A DNA stretch of 35,725 nt. Source: a virus. A program made the position numbers and the translations under genes. The stretch spans positions 1 to 35,725 of IMG/VR virus record IMGVR_UViG_3300045988_127927. One strand, 5' to 3'. This document shows positions 33,540 through 35,725 of this stretch, piece by piece (positions within the stretch are counted from its first letter, which is position 1; each line of letters begins with the position of its first letter). The notes beneath the pieces were generated by a model. The model saw only the letters and a list, made by a program, of their open reading frames with translations. It had not been told where the DNA came from and searched no databases.

Positions 33540-33881
33540 ATGCTTTCACTTGCACGGTACAGTACCCCGGCGGTGTTGATTCGCCGCCGTTCCGGTAAGG
33601 ATTCGCGCGGCTTCCAGACGGTGACCGAGACACGCGAACCTATCACGGCGTTTCTGGACGCTCCGACGGTTTCCGAGGAGTCCCCGGCTGGTAAGGCTGG
33701 CACGCCGGATGTTTTGGAGCATGTGCTCTATTTGGAGCCGGGTACGCGGGTTAGCGCCCGTGACCGGTTGGAAATAGAAGGTTCATTCTTTGAGGTTATC
33801 GGTGTGGCACCGCCCATCAAGAACATTTTCACGGGCGCGGTGTTCCACACAGAATGTAAGGTTAGGCGGGTAGAGGCATGA
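33540..33881 (+). CDS. head closure protein
   Basis: Size (113 aa) and position. Confidence 0.5.
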   Translation: MLSLARYSTPAVLIRRRSGKDSRGFQTVTETREPITAFLDAPTVSEESPAGKAGTPDVLEHVLYLEPGTRVSARDRLEIEGSFFEVIGVAPPIKNIFTGAVFHTECKVRRVEA

Positions 33882-34132
33882 CGCGCGATAAGCTTGTTTT
33901 CAATGAGAAGGCACTAAAAGCCTTGCGTAAAGACCCGGCGGTTATCCGTGACCTTGAGAAGCGGGCGCGGCGTATTGCCGCCGCCGCCGGTGGTGAAGCA
34001 ATGGGCTATAAGGTCACGGTTTTGGAGCTGGAAGACCCGCGCGGCGCTGTCTCTGTCATGGCGACCGGACGCGCGGCAGCACATAACCGGAAACACAATT
34101 CACTGATTAGGGCTATTGATGCTGGACGCTAA
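33878..34132 (+). CDS. neck/head-tail joining protein (84 aa)
   Basis: ATGA overlap with the upstream gene, and position. Confidence 0.45.
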   Translation: MTRDKLVFNEKALKALRKDPAVIRDLEKRARRIAAAAGGEAMGYKVTVLELEDPRGAVSVMATGRAAAHNRKHNSLIRAIDAGR

Positions 34133-34535
34133 AATCTGGCGTGTTGATTCGCCGGTGACCGCGTGCTACGCCTATTTCTCAGGTCTGAATCTTAGCGCTA
34201 CTGTCGCGCGTGATGAGGAGCCGCCCGGCTGGGACGGCTCTACCCCGCTAGTGCTCATTCGGGACGGCGGCGGCAACCGGCAAGAGCTGAACCTCCGACA
34301 TGGCCGCGTGACTATTGACGTTAGGCACCCTGAACCTGGCGCGGCGTACGATTTAGCGGAAAAAATTCATGAGCTTTTTTGTTTGTGGGTTTTCACTAAT
34401 GCGCCGGTTATTTTTGATCCGCATAATGTCGATTCACCGGCTTATAATCCGAGTGATTCGCCCCGCGTACCGGCTTATACTTTTACCGTGGAAATTGCGG
34501 TAAAATCCGAAAATACTATTAGCACTAAAATTTAG
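34119..34535 (+). CDS. tail terminator-like protein
   Basis: Lies immediately upstream of the major tail protein. ATG at 34119. Confidence 0.5.
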   Translation: MLDAKIWRVDSPVTACYAYFSGLNLSATVARDEEPPGWDGSTPLVLIRDGGGNRQELNLRHGRVTIDVRHPEPGAAYDLAEKIHELFCLWVFTNAPVIFDPHNVDSPAYNPSDSPRVPAYTFTVEIAVKSENTISTKI

Positions 34536-34560
34536 TGTTTAAATGTTTGGAGATTAAATT

Positions 34561-35148
34561 ATGGCTCTTGACGCTACCTATGTTGCTAAGCCGGTAAATG
34601 TCACCGGCGGCATTAAGTTTGCGCCTATTGGCACCGCTACCCCTACTGATCCGACTTCCGTTCTGAACGCGGCTTTTAAGGAGCTGGGTTATGTGACTGA
34701 GGACGGTCTCAAGCTTTCGCATGATGCAAGCGACGATAAGATTAAGGTTTGGGGCGGCGTTACTATCCGCACTATCCGTTCTGACTATTCGGCAACTATT
34801 ACCGGTACTCTTCTTTCCACTCTCGACGTGGACGTTTTGAAGACTGTTTTTGGCGATAATCAGGTTCAGCAGAAGAGCGGCTTTATTGCAATTAAGCACA
34901 CCTCAGATATTGCACCGGAAAAGGTCTACATTATCGAGACTAAGGATGCATCTACCGGCGGCCGCAAGCGCTACGTTGTGCCTAAGGGCCAGATTACCGT
35001 TTCCGGTGATGTGAACCTGTCTCATAAGGAGATTACCGGCTTTGAGGTGACTATCGAGGCGCTGGCAGATAAGGCCGGCGTATGCTACTGGGAATTTGTG
35101 GAGACCACCCCGTCTAGTCCTGTTGCCGCCGTCCCTGGCGTAGGCTAA
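34561..35148 (+). CDS. major tail protein
   Basis: 195 aa. N-terminus ALDATYVAKPVNVTGGIKFAPIGTATPTD...LGYVTEDGLKLS is typical of siphovirus major tail proteins. It is followed by a strong terminator and the chaperone pair. Confidence 0.85.
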   Translation: MALDATYVAKPVNVTGGIKFAPIGTATPTDPTSVLNAAFKELGYVTEDGLKLSHDASDDKIKVWGGVTIRTIRSDYSATITGTLLSTLDVDVLKTVFGDNQVQQKSGFIAIKHTSDIAPEKVYIIETKDASTGGRKRYVVPKGQITVSGDVNLSHKEITGFEVTIEALADKAGVCYWEFVETTPSSPVAAVPGVG

Positions 35149-35163
35149 TAGCCCCTAATTTTT

Positions 35164-35222
35164 CCCCGCCCGCCCTTTTTTTGTTCTGATTTTCGGGGCG
35201 GGCGCGGGGATACCCTTTTTTT
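35164..35222 (+). terminator. intrinsic terminator after the major tail gene
   Basis: CCCCGCCCGCCC ... GGGGCGGGCGCGGGG stem with bulges, followed by a T7 run at 35216-35222. Confidence 0.7.
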
Positions 35223-35257
35223 GAAAATCAGACAATACGGATTGGAGAAAATCGAAC

Positions 35258-35584
35258 ATGGCAACTACTAAGGCAAACCCGAGCGCAACCCGTGCAGCAC
35301 GTAACGCGGCAAAGGCTAAGAAGCGCGTCCGCAAGTACGAGAAGCAGTACACCTATAACACCTTTGAATCTTCCATTTTCGAGGGTGAGTTTAAGCTCCC
35401 CTCCATGCGACAGATCCCGCAGACTTACGCACTCGATTTGCGCACCGGCGATTTTAACGCGCTTTACCGCTGGCTTGAAGAAGTAGGCGTACCGACTGAG
35501 GATATTGACGCTATTAAGTCGCTGGATTCTGAGGAGATTGAAACTTTCTTCGAGGAATGGAATAGCGGCGAACTGGGAAAGTAA
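35258..35584 (+). CDS. tail assembly chaperone (gpG-like, 108 aa)
   Basis: Lies between the major tail protein and the TMP. Ends ...GAA CTG GGA AAG TAA with the slippery heptamer in the zero frame. Confidence 0.85.
   Translation: MATTKANPSATRAARNAAKAKKRVRKYEKQYTYNTFESSIFEGEFKLPSMRQIPQTYALDLRTGDFNALYRWLEEVGVPTEDIDAIKSLDSEEIETFFEEWNSGELGK
35575..35581 (+). promoter_or_regulatory. -1 programmed ribosomal frameshift slippery heptamer G_GGA_AAG
   Basis: Canonical X_XXY_YYZ in the correct phase, one codon before the stop. The -1 frame is open for 129 further codons. Confidence 0.85.
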
Positions 35585-35725
35585 TAGCCTGTCTCAATTC
35601 ATTTAAAGAGCATGAAGACGAGGTACGCGCCCGGCTTCTTGAACTGGGTTTGAATTGGGACGGGAAAAGAACCGGTAAAAACAATTGGGCTAATATTCAC
35701 GCGGCCATTAAAACCGCGCCGCCCG
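35581..35725 (+). CDS. start of the -1 frame extension of the chaperone (gpT part), continuing to 300 after the junction
   Basis: GTA ATA GCC TGT ... AAA AGA ACC GGT contains no stops and is in phase with 1-300. Confidence 0.8.
35671..35725. repeat. 55-bp exact terminal duplication, copy 2
   Basis: Identical to 1-55. Confidence 0.95.

Noticed and set aside
35155-35352. 65-aa minus-strand ORF
   Set aside because: It covers the terminator hairpin after the major tail gene and the 5' end of the chaperone gene, so it is an artefact of the GC-rich stem.

Overview
The window is a complete, circularly permuted dsDNA siphovirus genome. Bases 1-55 are identical to 35671-35725, so the unique length is 35,670 bp. 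G+C is moderately high, and the GAAAGGA-type ribosome-binding sites and protein families look actinobacterial, but I cannot name the host from sequence alone.

Layout:
- **Late module (+ strand):** cos-like region, TerS, TerL, portal, HK97-type protease, HK97-type capsid and four head-tail connector genes. These are followed by the major tail protein and a tail assembly chaperone with a canonical -1 frameshift that runs across the window junction. Then come a 1496-aa tape measure, Dit, about eight minor tail genes (two with predicted glycan-degrading folds), a membrane coiled-coil protein, an amidase endolysin and a holin (27531 -> wrap -> 13470).
- **Leftward module (- strand):** four genes, 13616-15221, including DUF3310 and RusA.
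- **Control/origin region:** 15222-15710, repeat-rich and divergent.
- **Early/DNA-metabolism arm (+ strand):** 15711-27368, with an HTH replication organiser, YqaJ-like exonuclease, RecT, SSB, many small unknown proteins and an HNH endonuclease.

I saw no integrase, repressor, tRNA, CRISPR array, polymerase or helicase.

The most unusual feature is how the early arm is built. One ~45-bp promoter recurs five times. Four copies are followed by a conserved 5' leader hairpin, a small acidic first gene (two of them 59-aa paralogues missing from the ORF track) and a GC-rich hairpin. I read these as iterated immediate-early cassettes that are good candidates for host-takeover or anti-defence functions.

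All functional calls come from motifs read by eye. No searches or folding programs were run.
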